Shown piece after piece: positions 28,596-39,345 of a stretch of DNA of 64,000 nucleotides (positions within the stretch are counted from its first letter, which is position 1; every line of letters starts with the position of its first letter). The notes under the pieces are model-generated. The model was not told the DNA's origin. It saw only the letters and a list, made by a program, of their open reading frames with translations, and did no database searches. Source of the DNA: an uncultured Enterovibrio sp. (GTDB taxonomy: Bacteria; Pseudomonadota; Gammaproteobacteria; Enterobacterales; Vibrionaceae); NCBI GenBank assembly GCA_947041315.1, contig CAMRDW010000001.1, forward strand, positions 840 to 64,839. Reading direction: 5' to 3'. Both the position numbers and the translations under genes were made by a program.

Positions 28596-29630
28596 ATGAA
28601 AAAGACCATTCTAGCTATGGCGGTTCCAGCTCTATTGGCCGCAGGCACAGCAAATGCAAGCGTTAACCTGCACAATGCAGACGGTGTTGTCGTTGATATG
28701 AGCGGCGCTGCCGAAATTCAATACATCAAGGAATACAACAACACACAAGATCCTTATCTTCGTGTTGATGACGGTGATTTACTTTTCACCGCATCCATGG
28801 AAGTCACAAACACACTCAGCGCCGTTGCGGGGATTGGTTTTAAATTTGAAGCCAATCTAAATAACTCTGGCAGCACTGAAAGTGATGAGATGTATGTGGG
28901 TTTGCGTAGCACCGATTTTGGTGTTTTAACCTTCGGTCGTCAGATCATGCTTGCTGATGATGTCGGTAATGCAAAAGACTATGAACTGGGTTCAGAGCAA
29001 GTTAACTTCGTGACAGACAGTGCAAACCAAGTTGTTAAATGGGTTTATGACAACGGGATGTTCTATGCGGGCGCAAACTATGCCTTAGACACTGATCCTA
29101 CGAAATCAACATCTACAGCCAGCAATGAAGGCCAAAAAGTCGCCGGTGCGCGTCTAGGTGTGCGTGGTGCTGGTCTTGACGCCCGTGTTTATCTTTATGA
29201 TGCGCAAAATGCAGCGTCAAATGCGTTTGCACCTACCGGTGTTAACCTACAAGATGTAACGGGTTTTAACCTTGAATTGGATTATGTTTTCGGCCAATTT
29301 GATTTTTCTACAAGCTATGGTCAAGTTGAATACAAAGATGTTCAAGCAAGCACGGTAGAAAATAAAAATACAGTTGATTTCTGGCAGTTATCAGGGGGCT
29401 TTAAAGCCGATGAAAAAACCTATTTTGCTTTAGGTTTTGATGCCCTAGACAGCTCAGCTTCAGGTAACTATTTGAAATATAAGTCAAACAGCTTGTATGC
29501 GAATGTTTCTTATAAATTGCACAAAAATGCAATGGTGTATGCTGAAGTCGGTCAAGCAGACATTAAAATCAACAATGTTGACCAAGATCCAGACGTAGGT
29601 TACTTGCTGGGTATGGAAGTGACTTTCTAA
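28596..29630 (+). CDS. General outer-membrane porin (dinG-linked, OmpT-locus-like)
   Basis: Signal peptide MKKTILAMAVPALLAAGTANA, YVGL...GVLTFGRQ, amphipathic beta strands, C-terminal Phe. Confidence 0.85.
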   Translation: MKKTILAMAVPALLAAGTANASVNLHNADGVVVDMSGAAEIQYIKEYNNTQDPYLRVDDGDLLFTASMEVTNTLSAVAGIGFKFEANLNNSGSTESDEMYVGLRSTDFGVLTFGRQIMLADDVGNAKDYELGSEQVNFVTDSANQVVKWVYDNGMFYAGANYALDTDPTKSTSTASNEGQKVAGARLGVRGAGLDARVYLYDAQNAASNAFAPTGVNLQDVTGFNLELDYVFGQFDFSTSYGQVEYKDVQASTVENKNTVDFWQLSGGFKADEKTYFALGFDALDSSASGNYLKYKSNSLYANVSYKLHKNAMVYAEVGQADIKINNVDQDPDVGYLLGMEVTF

Positions 29631-29671
29631 TAGATTGCACTTCTTTGTAGAGATGTTTTTAGAGATGCATG

Positions 29672-29701
29672 AAAAAAGCCGCCATTGAGCGGCTTTTTTT
29701 T
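29672..29701 (+). terminator. Intrinsic terminator after porin
   Basis: AAAAAAGCCGC-CATTGA-GCGGCTTTTTTTT. Confidence 0.85.
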
Positions 29702-29724
29702 CAAGCCATTTTAAGGAGTTTGAT

Positions 29725-30363
29725 GTGACGTTCTTTATGCCTTTCGTTTTTGTATTATCGGGTGTCTTTTTGTCGACCACCGTCAATGCAGCGCAATTGT
29801 CCAGTTCGAATGGAGTTGAATTTCTGGTTATCAATGGGACAAAAGCAGAAAAATACGCAAAAGGAGCGCACAAAAGCATTGAGCTTGCTCCCGGTGAATA
29901 TCAGGTTATAGCGCGCTTTGAAGAGAATTTAAAACGCGGTTCAAGTAACACCTTATTTACTTCTAAGCCCTATGTTTTTAATATAAAAATACAGGAAAGT
30001 GATCTGCTTCTTTCTGTCCCTAACATGAAAATGCACAGCCATGCTGCGGCTTTTTTCTCTGATCCAAGCTGGACCTTAACCCAGCTTTCAACCCAGCATA
30101 AAACACCGATTTCATCGGTTGAACTTGTGGGAAGCGGTTTTGGCGCTTTCAGTAATATGGAAAAAGCGGTCGCTTATCATAACGAACAACAGGGTATTTT
30201 CTTGTATCAAGAGAAAATGCAAGATTTAAAAGAAGGGTCTGTGGCACAAGGGGCGCTCACTCAAAAATCAGAGCCGAGTACACAACTTAAGTTCTGGTAT
30301 AACAAAGCCAATGACGAAGAAAAGAAAGCATTTCAGCGTTGGATCATCAGTCAAGATGGCTAA
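29725..30363 (+). CDS. DUF2057 (YccT-like) exported protein
   Basis: Signal peptide, VEFLVING, GEYQVIARF, FTSKP, TQLKFWYNKA.DEEKKAFQRW; GTG start with AAGGAG RBS. Confidence 0.8.
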   Translation: MTFFMPFVFVLSGVFLSTTVNAAQLSSSNGVEFLVINGTKAEKYAKGAHKSIELAPGEYQVIARFEENLKRGSSNTLFTSKPYVFNIKIQESDLLLSVPNMKMHSHAAAFFSDPSWTLTQLSTQHKTPISSVELVGSGFGAFSNMEKAVAYHNEQQGIFLYQEKMQDLKEGSVAQGALTQKSEPSTQLKFWYNKANDEEKKAFQRWIISQDG

Positions 30364-30467
30364 CTGAATAAGCTCATTTTTAGGGGTACGCGGGTATTTA
30401 AAAAAGTGATCTTCTCTTAAAACTTCTGTAAAGAGGTTACATCCTCTAGAAGAAAACGGGAGCCATC

Positions 30468-30545
30468 TAGACGCGTCACTCTTGACGATGCAAGATGATG
30501 ACGGAGCTCTCGAAGCCCAATCACAGAGTCCGTTTAGCTTGATGT
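30468..30545 (+). repeat. ERIC-like MITE, 5' two-thirds
   Basis: tagacgcgtcactcttgacgatgc...ctctcgaagcccaatcacagagtcc. Confidence 0.6.
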
Positions 30546-30678
30546 GTTAGCTCTTTTTTTGTGAATAAACCCAGAAAAAAACGCTCTAATTGGGTTTGTA
30601 TGACTGTTTTCTCATTAATAAGCTTTTTATGCATTTGTGCTACCTTTTCTTTATTCAGGGGTCTTTATTTGTCACTTT

Positions 30679-30806
30679 TGTGCCCCTCGCCTTTGACGCT
30701 ACCTGGGTGTTGCCTACGCTCGCAGCGCCCAAGCATAGAAGCCACTCTATGCTCAGGGGCTCCACTCGTTTGGCGCAGGCGTACATCTTTAATTACTTTG
30801 GGTATA
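30679..30806 (+). repeat. ERIC-like MITE, 128 bp
   Basis: tgtgcccctcgcctttgacg...atgctcaggggctccactcg...tttgggtata. Confidence 0.85.
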
Positions 30807-30822
30807 CGCTAAGGAGATACAC

Positions 30823-30939
30823 ATGAATAAAAGCAAACAAGATCCTTTTAATCTTCTCTATCTTTTTGTGTTCATTTTGGTCTTATGTATATCGACCTTG
30901 CCAGCAAGCTTGACCTGGTTTGAAATATTAAGTCGGTAA
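30823..30939 (+). CDS. Candidate 38-aa single-TM small protein, absent from the ORF track
   Basis: TAAGGAG RBS 6 nt before ATG; MNKSKQDPFNLLYLFVFILVLCISTLPASLTWFEILSR*. Confidence 0.6.
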   Translation: MNKSKQDPFNLLYLFVFILVLCISTLPASLTWFEILSR

Positions 30940-30945
30940 AGTTTT

Positions 30946-31082
30946 TATGCCCAAGACACGTAAAGCCGCAGGTTCTCGTTGGGGGCGCTCACGAAATCCA
31001 ATCCTAGAGTCCCTCTTACTTCATGACGGCATGGACATTGTTCACTCTCTGTTTGGGTGTTTATGTCGATCTCTTTGGTATA
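30946..31082 (+). repeat. ERIC-like MITE, strongly diverged
   Basis: tatgcccaagacacg...ctcacgaaatccaatcctagagtcc...ttcactc...ctttggtata. Confidence 0.6.
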
Positions 31083-31129
31083 AAAATGTGGTCTCAACGA
31101 TATCATTGAATTAAAAGAAGGAGGGGGAG

Positions 31130-31522
31130 GTGTCATTAAAATCCTTTGTATTTTTAGGTGTCGGATGGATTTGTATTGGGCTCGGGGTTTTGGGGGTTTT
31201 ACTGCCTTTGCTGCCGACAACCCCTTTTTTATTATTGGCCAGTGCGTGTTTTGTTCGGGGTTCGCCTCGCATGGCTGCTTGGTTGCATCAACACCCAACA
31301 TTTGGGCCTATTTTATTTCATTGGCATCAAAATCGTGCGATTGAAAAAAAAGTGAAACGGCGTGCCAATTATTTTATTGTTTCAAGTTTTATTTTGTCTA
31401 TTTTTTTGGTTCCTCTTTTTTGGCAAAAAGGCCTGCTTTTCGTTTTCGGGGTCCTGCTTTTAGTGTTTTTTAATCGTTTACGCGAAATAGACGCAGTTGA
31501 AGACGATCATAAAAATACTTAA
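31130..31522 (+). CDS. ybaN: YbaN (DUF454) inner membrane protein
   Basis: [27 protein letters not shown]. Confidence 0.92.
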   Translation: MSLKSFVFLGVGWICIGLGVLGVLLPLLPTTPFLLLASACFVRGSPRMAAWLHQHPTFGPILFHWHQNRAIEKKVKRRANYFIVSSFILSIFLVPLFWQKGLLFVFGVLLLVFFNRLREIDAVEDDHKNT

Positions 31523-31619
31523 CATGCCTTCTTCTTTTCTGGGAATGAAAATAAATGATTTTTTTGGTATCCTACTTTTCATTTTATTGATTTTGGAAGC
31601 CACATTTGTGGTAAGGCAT

Positions 31620-32165
31620 ATGACTCAAAGTAAAATCGAACTCATTAAGAACAGCATTAAAACGGTTCCTGATCATCCAAAACCAGGGATCATGTTTCGG
31701 GATATCACAAGCTTGATGGAAAATGCACCGGCTTACAAAGCGGCGATGGAGATCTTGGTTGAAAAATACAAAAATCAAAATTTCACAAAGATAGTTGCAA
31801 CAGAAGCGAGAGGCTTTTTCTTCGGAGCGCCTTTGGCTTTAGAATTAGGCATTGCTTTTGTGCCTGTGCGCAAACCGGGTAAACTTCCTCGCGAAGTGAT
31901 TTTCGAGAAGTATGACTTAGAATACGGATCGGATTCTTTAGAAATTCATATTGATGCGATACAAAAAGACGATAAAGTGCTTCTTGTTGATGATCTTCTT
32001 GCGACAGGAGGAACGATTGAAGCGACAACCAAATTAATTCGTCGTCTTGGTGGCGTTGTTTCCCATGCCGCATTCATTATCAACTTGCCTGAAATTGGCG
32101 GCGAAGCATGCCTTAAAGCGTTGGATATCGATGTCTTTAGCTTGTGTGAATTTGACGGACACTGA
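31620..32165 (+). CDS. apt: Adenine phosphoribosyltransferase
   Basis: [39 protein letters not shown]. Confidence 0.97.
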   Translation: MTQSKIELIKNSIKTVPDHPKPGIMFRDITSLMENAPAYKAAMEILVEKYKNQNFTKIVATEARGFFFGAPLALELGIAFVPVRKPGKLPREVIFEKYDLEYGSDSLEIHIDAIQKDDKVLLVDDLLATGGTIEATTKLIRRLGGVVSHAAFIINLPEIGGEACLKALDIDVFSLCEFDGH

Positions 32166-32263
32166 GTTTTTTTGTTCTTAAAAAATGCGCTTGATGCTTA
32201 AGATCGCGCTCTCTTTTTCTCTGTGCTACGATGGCGACAACAATTGAATGGACATTGTCACTT

Positions 32264-34633
32264 ATGGGTTATCAAGTCTTAGCCAGAAAATGGCGACCGC
32301 TTCACTTTCAAGATGTTGTTGGGCAATCGCATGTCTTGACCGCTTTAGGAAATGCACTCGATAATAACCGACTTCATCATGCTTATTTGTTCAGCGGTAC
32401 GCGCGGTGTGGGTAAAACAACCATTGCGCGTATTTTGGCCAAAGGTTTGAATTGTGAGCAGGGCGTAAGTGCGCGTCCTTGTGGACAATGCACCTCGTGT
32501 TTGGAAATAGATCAAGGGCGTTTTGTTGATCTTTTAGAAATCGATGCGGCATCCCGAACCAAAGTCGAAGACACGCGCGACTTGTTAGACAACGTGCAAT
32601 ACAAACCCGCGCGTGGACGATACAAAGTTTATCTTATCGATGAAGTGCATATGCTCTCTCGGCATAGTTTTAACGCCCTTTTAAAAACCCTTGAAGAGCC
32701 GCCAGAGTATGTGAAATTTATCTTGGCAACAACGGATCCCCAAAAGTTGCCTGTCACCATTCTTTCTCGTTGCCTTCAATTTCATTTAAAACATTTAGAT
32801 ACAACGCAAATCAAAGACCAATTGCTTCGTGTGCTTGAAAATGAATCCATCGATGCACAACCGAGGGCCCTTTCTTTTATTGCGAGGGCAGCGGAAGGAA
32901 GCATGCGCGACGCCTTGTCTTTAACTGATCAAGCCATCGCGTTAGGAAATGGGGCCGTAATAGAATCTCAAGTCATTGATATGCTTGGAACCCTCAGTGC
33001 AGATCAAGCGATTTTATTGCTTGAAGCCTTGACAGAAGGGCAAGCGACCTCTGTGATGCAGTGTTTGGAGGCGCTGGCTGAAATCGGCATTGAGTGGGAT
33101 ATTTTACTGAAAGAGCTGGCCGCACAGTTGCACGTGGTTGCGATGGCACAGGCTTTATCGGAGTCTGTTGACCCCCATTCGCCTGATGCCACACGCATAT
33201 TGGCTTTAGCAAAAACACTTTCACCACAAGATGTGCAACTTTTTTATCAAATAGCCCTTCAAGGACGTCAAGATTTACCTTTCGCGCCTGATGGTCGTGC
33301 TGGTTTAGAAATGGTTTTACTGCGCATGTTGGCCTTTAAACCCGTTGTCAGTACAGATTACGAGCCAGATGCCATTCATGTGCCTGATGCGCAGCCTCTC
33401 GCTTCTTTGTCCAGGTCATCGACATCGGCGAGCTCTGTTGCTACAAAAGACAGAATCGCTTCTTTAAAAGCCCAAGTCAGCGCCTCTCGTCAGCCTGTGC
33501 CTATAAAGCAAGTCCCGAAAACCGCCCCTGTTTTTTCACAAGAAAATGCTGAGTTTTTGGATGCACCCAGAGGACAAGATAAAGCCCCTTCTCAAGAAAA
33601 GAGAGCCTCTTTGTCTGCGGCGCCTTCAAAAGAAAGAGATAAAAGTCTCCCTCCACCTTCTGGATTTGTTTTGGACTCTCAGCCCTTATCTGAGGAGCCT
33701 CCTTTTTTCGACGAAGCGCCCTTATCTGACGGGCCTCCCTTGTTCGACGGGCCTCCTTTGTTAGACGAGCCTCCCTTATTCGATGGGCCTCCCTTGTTCG
33801 ACGAGCCGCCCTTATTTGACGAGAGCCCCTTGCCAATAGAGGAGATGGATGTTGCGCCTTTTTCGCCAATGCAGTCCACGTCTTTAGATGAATACCAACA
33901 AGAGCCCGTACCCCATTCTTTGGATAATGTGTTAGCTGCGCGTAATTTGTTGCGCAGTCGAGTTCGCCTGCAGGAGGGGCAATCTGTTAAAAAAAAGGGT
34001 AAATCGGTAGAGGCGAAAGAGAAACCGTCTTCTGTGTTTGAGCGCTTAAGCACAAATAACGCGGTTTCACAACGCACTGAAACCGTTGCCTCAGCGATGC
34101 CGATGACCCACAATGAAACCAAAGAAGAAGCTTACCAGTGGACGGCAACAAAGCCGCTTTCATTTGTTGAGCCTTTGGCGATGCCTCCTGATAAAATGAA
34201 ATTGGCGCTGATGCATGAGCGTACGCCAGAAATGCGAGACAAGCTGGAGCATGAAGCATGCGAGAAAGATGAATGGAGTCGGATCTCCAATGATCTTCAA
34301 GTTCCTCAGCTTATTAAACAAATGGCTCTAAATGCTTCAATGAAAAAAGAAGATGCGCATATTATTCTTTATTTGCGCCCTTCTCAACAGCACCTTCATA
34401 CCGAAAAATCAAGAGAAATCTTGCAGGCTGCCTTAAATCAACAGCTCGGGAGCAGTATTATCTTGTCCGTTGAGATTGGAAGTGAAGGGGTCTCACCATT
34501 GGAATGGCGAGACCGTCTTTATGCAGATAAATTATCTCAAGCAACTGAAATTTTAAGAAATGATCTTCATGTGCGTTTCATCTGTCAGCGCTTTTCTGCT
34601 GAAATTGATGAAGACAGTATTCGACCAATTTAA
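32264..34633 (+). CDS. dnaX: DNA polymerase III subunits gamma/tau
   Basis: YQVLARKWRP, GTRGVGKTT, DEVHML, SRC motif, tau C-terminal domain; long low-complexity linker. Confidence 0.97.
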   Translation: MGYQVLARKWRPLHFQDVVGQSHVLTALGNALDNNRLHHAYLFSGTRGVGKTTIARILAKGLNCEQGVSARPCGQCTSCLEIDQGRFVDLLEIDAASRTKVEDTRDLLDNVQYKPARGRYKVYLIDEVHMLSRHSFNALLKTLEEPPEYVKFILATTDPQKLPVTILSRCLQFHLKHLDTTQIKDQLLRVLENESIDAQPRALSFIARAAEGSMRDALSLTDQAIALGNGAVIESQVIDMLGTLSADQAILLLEALTEGQATSVMQCLEALAEIGIEWDILLKELAAQLHVVAMAQALSESVDPHSPDATRILALAKTLSPQDVQLFYQIALQGRQDLPFAPDGRAGLEMVLLRMLAFKPVVSTDYEPDAIHVPDAQPLASLSRSSTSASSVATKDRIASLKAQVSASRQPVPIKQVPKTAPVFSQENAEFLDAPRGQDKAPSQEKRASLSAAPSKERDKSLPPPSGFVLDSQPLSEEPPFFDEAPLSDGPPLFDGPPLLDEPPLFDGPPLFDEPPLFDESPLPIEEMDVAPFSPMQSTSLDEYQQEPVPHSLDNVLAARNLLRSRVRLQEGQSVKKKGKSVEAKEKPSSVFERLSTNNAVSQRTETVASAMPMTHNETKEEAYQWTATKPLSFVEPLAMPPDKMKLALMHERTPEMRDKLEHEACEKDEWSRISNDLQVPQLIKQMALNASMKKEDAHIILYLRPSQQHLHTEKSREILQAALNQQLGSSIILSVEIGSEGVSPLEWRDRLYADKLSQATEILRNDLHVRFICQRFSAEIDEDSIRPI
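33674..33835 (+). repeat. In-frame 18-bp tandem repeat, ~9 units (D[EG]PPLF) in the dnaX linker
   Basis: Units DSQPLS EEPPFF DEAPLS DGPPLF DGPPLL DEPPLF DGPPLF DEPPLF DESPLP; DNA unit ~gac ggg cct ccc ttg ttc. Confidence 0.9.
33972..34002 (+). other. Programmed -1 ribosomal frameshift signal of dnaX
   Basis: SD-like AGGAGG at 33972, in-frame A_AAA_AAG at 33991-33997, -1 frame reads GGG TAA (34000-34002). Confidence 0.8.
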
Positions 34634-34658
34634 CTCCCACACAAAGAGAGAATGAAAT

Positions 34659-34988
34659 ATGTTTGGTAAAGGCGGAATGGGCAACTTGATGAAGCAAGCC
34701 CAGCAAATGCAAGATCGTATGCAAAAAATGCAAGAAGAAGTGGCCAATATGGAAGTCACGGGTGAAGCAGGTGCCGGTTTGGTTAAAATTACCATCACGG
34801 GAAGCTACAGCGTTCGCCGTATTCATATTGATGAAAGTCTCATGGGTGATGAAAAAGACATGCTAGAAGATTTGATTGCCGCCGCGTTCAATGATGCATC
34901 GCGTCGTGTTGAAGAAACGCAAAAAGAAAAAATGTCTTCTATCAGTGGTGGAATGCAATTACCGCCGGGTTTTAAAATGCCGTTTTAA
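34659..34988 (+). CDS. ybaB: Nucleoid-associated protein YbaB/EbfC
   Basis: [38 protein letters not shown]. Confidence 0.96.
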   Translation: MFGKGGMGNLMKQAQQMQDRMQKMQEEVANMEVTGEAGAGLVKITITGSYSVRRIHIDESLMGDEKDMLEDLIAAAFNDASRRVEETQKEKMSSISGGMQLPPGFKMPF

Positions 34989-35593
34989 TGATGCAAACAA
35001 GTCAATTGCTAGAACAACTGATACATTCATTACGTTGTTTGCCTGGTGTGGGTCCAAAATCTGCTCAGCGTATGGCCTTTTATCTTTTGCAACGCAATCG
35101 GCAAGGTGGAATTGAATTATCAACCGCCTTGATGGAGGCCATGACGAAAATAGGGCATTGTGAAAATTGCCGCACCTTCACGGAAGAGAAAGTCTGCGCG
35201 ATTTGTGCGAATCCTCGACGACAAGAAAAAGGACAAATTTGTGTAGTGGAAAGCCCTTCTGACATCGTTGCCATTGAGGCAACAGGACAATATTCAGGAC
35301 GTTATTTTGTTTTAATGGGGCATTTATCTCCTCTTGATGGCATCGGGCCTGCGGACATTGGCTTGGATGTATTAGAAAGGCATTTGGCTTTTGAGTCTGT
35401 TTTTGAGGTGATTTTGGCAACCAATCCGACAGTGGAAGGGGAAGCGACCGCGCACTATATTGCAGAGCTTTGTGCTCAGAACAATGTGATTGCGACTCGA
35501 ATAGCACAAGGTGTGCCTATGGGGGGGGAGCTTGAAATGGTGGATGGAACAACTTTGTCGCATTCTATCGTTGGAAGACTCCGCCTTGTTTGA
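34988..35593 (+). CDS. recR: Recombination mediator RecR
   Basis: [12 protein letters not shown]4 zinc finger, [19 protein letters not shown]. Confidence 0.97.
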   Translation: MMQTSQLLEQLIHSLRCLPGVGPKSAQRMAFYLLQRNRQGGIELSTALMEAMTKIGHCENCRTFTEEKVCAICANPRRQEKGQICVVESPSDIVAIEATGQYSGRYFVLMGHLSPLDGIGPADIGLDVLERHLAFESVFEVILATNPTVEGEATAHYIAELCAQNNVIATRIAQGVPMGGELEMVDGTTLSHSIVGRLRLV

Positions 35594-35619
35594 AAAAAGG
35601 CAATGATTAAAGTAGAACG

Positions 35620-35647
35620 AAAAAAGGCCGCGATTGCGGCCTTTTTT
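35620..35647. terminator. Bidirectional intrinsic terminator
   Basis: AAAAAAGGCCGC-GATT-GCGGCCTTTTTT. Confidence 0.85.
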
Positions 35648-35658
35648 CGTTTTTATTT

Positions 35659-35958
35659 TTATTGACGTGGAATAAACGCATGGGTACTTACTTTTTGATT
35701 GTCTGCCGTGGTTGCGACAAATTCAGCGCTGCTTGCTGACTCACTGTGGACACGAACGAAAACGCGTCCACTTTCGGGGGTTGTGTACTCACCGTTGATT
35801 TTTACGCCCGAAAGAGGCTGCCCTTCTTTGGTGACTTTAACCCAAGCCCCACCGTCCATGGGTTCTACATTGATCTCTAAATTAGAGCTCGGCATGGCGC
35901 TTGCGAGAGAGGCGCTTAGAAATAAACTTGTACCGAGTGCGAGAAGCGTTTTATTCAT
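35659..35958 (-). CDS. Small exported beta-rich protein, function unknown
   Basis: Signal peptide MNKTLLALGTSLFLSASLASA, AGGA RBS, own terminator. Confidence 0.75.
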   Translation of the reverse strand: MNKTLLALGTSLFLSASLASAMPSSNLEINVEPMDGGAWVKVTKEGQPLSGVKINGEYTTPESGRVFVRVHSESASSAEFVATTADNQKVSTHAFIPRQ

Positions 35959-36216
35959 TCTTTGTTTCCTTCAATTGGTTGTTATCGATTGATTAAAAGA
36001 TAGGCAGCATCCTTATCCATGACAAGAGAGTAAACGCCTTTATCCCTTCAAAATGAATGCAATTTTTTTTTCCTATTCCGGTCCGAAAAATGCGCTTCAT
36101 CGTTATATGAAATGAGACTTTTGTCGTATTTTTGAGTTTGCAGATATTTTTTTATTTTTGCCCTTTTCATTTCTATCTTCTTGAGTCAAATATTTTCTTC
36201 TTATTCGAACGAAGCA

Positions 36217-36244
36217 CTTGAAAAAAGAGAAATCAACCCTATAT
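36217..36244 (+). promoter_or_regulatory. Sigma32 (RpoH) heat-shock promoter of htpG
   Basis: CTTGAAA-13 nt-CCCTATAT versus consensus CTTGAAA-N13/14-CCCCATNT. Confidence 0.8.
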
Positions 36245-36322
36245 ATAAAATCATCTCACACCCATAAAATGATTTTGTTGACTTTACGGAATACAAACTT
36301 AGATAACGAGGCAGATTTAAAA

Positions 36323-38215
36323 ATGGAAAAAACGCTTGAAAAACATAGCTTTGGATCGGATACATCAAAGCTTCTTCATTTAATGATCCACTCTCTTTAT
36401 TCAAATAAAGAAATTTTCTTACGCGAATTGATCTCCAATGCCTCCGATGCGGCAGATAAACTCCGTTTTAAAGCGCTTTCTAATGGGGCCTTGTATGAAA
36501 ATGAAGGTGATTTACGTGTCCGTCTGAGTGTGGATAAAGAAGCGGGTACCTTGACCGTCGATGACAACGGTATTGGAATGTCATGGCAAAATGTGATTGA
36601 CAATTTGGGTACCATTGCGCGCTCTGGAACGGCTGAGTTTTTCAAGCAAATGTCTGACGAGCAAACAAAAGAGAGCCAATTGATTGGTCAATTTGGTGTG
36701 GGTTTTTATTCCGCATTTATCGTGGCTCACAAGGTGACTGTTTTAACACGTGCTGCGGGTGAGCCTGCCTCTGAAGGGGTGCGTTGGGAGTCTGAAGGTG
36801 AAGGTGAATACACAATAGAAGCGGTTTCAAAAGACAGCCGCGGTACCTCCATCATTCTGCATTTGCGTGAAGAAGATAAAGATTATCTTGAAGATTGGCG
36901 TTTACGCGAAGTGATTGGAAAATATTCTGATCATATCGGGATCCCGGTTGAAATGTGGAAAAAAGAAACCAATGAAGAAGGGGAAGAGCTAGACGGCGGA
37001 CAATGGGAACAAATTAACAAAGCCCAAGCCCTCTGGACGCGATCTAAATCAGAGATTTCAGACGAAGAATACAAAGAATTTTATACGCACCTTTCTCATG
37101 ATTATGCAGAGCCGCTGTTGTGGAGTCACAATCGTGTTGAAGGAAAAAATGATTATACAAACCTGCTCTATATTCCAACGAAAGCCCCTTGGGATATGTT
37201 TAATCGTGAGCATAAACACGGTTTGAAATTGTATGTTCAACGTGTATTTATCATGGATGACGCGGTTCAATTTATGCCGTCGTATTTGCGTTTTGTGAAA
37301 GGCTTGATTGATTCCAATGATTTGCCGCTGAATGTGTCTCGTGAGATTTTACAAGACAACAAAGTGACCCAAACCTTGCGCAATGCCGCGACCAAACGCG
37401 TGCTCACCATGCTTGAGCGTTTGGCCAACAATGACGTTGAAAAATATCAGAATTTTTGGAATGAATTTGGCTTGGTTCTAAAAGAAGGACCTGCAGAAGA
37501 TTTTGCAAACCGTGAAAAAATTGCTGCTTTGATGCGTTTTGCTTCAACGCACACGGACAGCAGCACTCAATCGATTTCTTTGACAGAATATGTTTCTCGC
37601 ATGAAAGAAACCCAAGATAAGATTTATTATCTGACGGGTGACACCTATCAAACGACCAAAAACAGCCCTCACCTTGAGCAATTTAAAGCGAAAGGCATTG
37701 AAGTCATTTTAATGTATGACCGTATTGATGAGTGGTTGATGAATTATTTGTCTGATTTTGATGGTAAAAGCTTCCAATCCATTACAAAATCAGATCTTGA
37801 CCTCAGTCAGTTTGAAGATGATGAAGAAAAAGAACAGCGTGAAGAAACAAAAAAAGAATTTGAGTCTGTTGTTGAACGCACGAAAAGCTATTTAAAGGAT
37901 CGTGTGAAAGATGTTCGCACCACTTTTAAATTATCCGATACTCCTGCTCTTTTAGTGACCGATCAATATGATATGGGCACTCAAATGGCGAAATTATTGG
38001 CCTCCTCGGGTCAAAAAGCACCTGAGGTGAAGTATCTTCTTGAGCTAAATCCTGAACATCATTTAGTTAAACAAATGGCCCATGAAACAGACGAAGAGAT
38101 TTTTGCACATTGGGTTGAAATGCTTTTTGGTCAGGCGATGCTGGCGGAGCGCGGTTCAATGGATGATTCTTCTTCTTTCTTAAATGCCATGAACAGCCTA
38201 TTAACAAAGGCTTAA
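36323..38215 (+). CDS. htpG: Chaperone HtpG (Hsp90)
   Basis: [49 protein letters not shown]. Confidence 0.97.
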   Translation: MEKTLEKHSFGSDTSKLLHLMIHSLYSNKEIFLRELISNASDAADKLRFKALSNGALYENEGDLRVRLSVDKEAGTLTVDDNGIGMSWQNVIDNLGTIARSGTAEFFKQMSDEQTKESQLIGQFGVGFYSAFIVAHKVTVLTRAAGEPASEGVRWESEGEGEYTIEAVSKDSRGTSIILHLREEDKDYLEDWRLREVIGKYSDHIGIPVEMWKKETNEEGEELDGGQWEQINKAQALWTRSKSEISDEEYKEFYTHLSHDYAEPLLWSHNRVEGKNDYTNLLYIPTKAPWDMFNREHKHGLKLYVQRVFIMDDAVQFMPSYLRFVKGLIDSNDLPLNVSREILQDNKVTQTLRNAATKRVLTMLERLANNDVEKYQNFWNEFGLVLKEGPAEDFANREKIAALMRFASTHTDSSTQSISLTEYVSRMKETQDKIYYLTGDTYQTTKNSPHLEQFKAKGIEVILMYDRIDEWLMNYLSDFDGKSFQSITKSDLDLSQFEDDEEKEQREETKKEFESVVERTKSYLKDRVKDVRTTFKLSDTPALLVTDQYDMGTQMAKLLASSGQKAPEVKYLLELNPEHHLVKQMAHETDEEIFAHWVEMLFGQAMLAERGSMDDSSSFLNAMNSLLTKA

Positions 38216-38228
38216 GATCTTCTGTTTG

Positions 38229-38355
38229 TATACCTGTCGCCTTTGAAGTGGCGTGGGTGTTGGCCATGCTCGTTCAGTCCAAACACAGAGTAGCTCTATA
38301 CTCAGGGGCTTCACTTGCTTGGCACCAACACGTATCTTCAATTGCGTTGGCTATA
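38229..38355 (+). repeat. ERIC-like MITE, 127 bp, 14 nt after the htpG stop
   Basis: TATACCTGTCGCCTTTGAAG...ctcaggggcttcacttgc...TGGCTATA. Confidence 0.9.
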
Positions 38356-38449
38356 TTATAAAAAATAAATCCAAGCCCAGTTCATTGCTGGGCTTGATAG
38401 GTTTTACATAACCGTGTATGTTGCATTTTTTTAAAAATCGCGAACATAA

Positions 38450-39109
<660 letters not shown>

Positions 39110-39127
39110 CTCCTGTTTTTAGTCATT

Positions 39128-39156
39128 AAAAAAGGGTGCACAGGCTGCCCTTTTTT
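39128..39156 (+). terminator. Probable terminator after adk
   Basis: AAAAAAGGG...CCCTTTTTT. Confidence 0.6.
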
Positions 39157-39186
39157 GATTTATTTTTTAGGCGTCGAAGAGACCTG

Positions 39187-39311
39187 ATATCCCCTCACCT
39201 TTGAAACTGCGTGAGTGTTGACTTCGCTCTCGAAATCCAATCACATAGTTCAACTATGCTAAAGAGGTTGTTCACTGGGCGCCTACAAGATCTTCAAATC
39301 TCTAGGGTATA
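39187..39311 (+). repeat. ERIC-like MITE between adk and hemH
   Basis: atatcccctcacctttgaaactgcg...ccaatcacatag...ctagggtata. Confidence 0.85.
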
Positions 39312-39345
39312 TGCTGTTAATTTTAAATATTGAAAGCTGGCTTAA

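Noticed and set aside
30561-30812. 83-aa ORF with a basic and hydrophobic N-terminus running into an ERIC
   Set aside because: GTG start without RBS, half the ORF is repeat sequence, and T-rich DNA gives hydrophobic codons by chance
36323-36370. HtpG N-terminus [12 protein letters not shown] differs from the usual FQSEVKQLL
   Set aside because: All ATP-binding motifs are intact; most likely ordinary divergence
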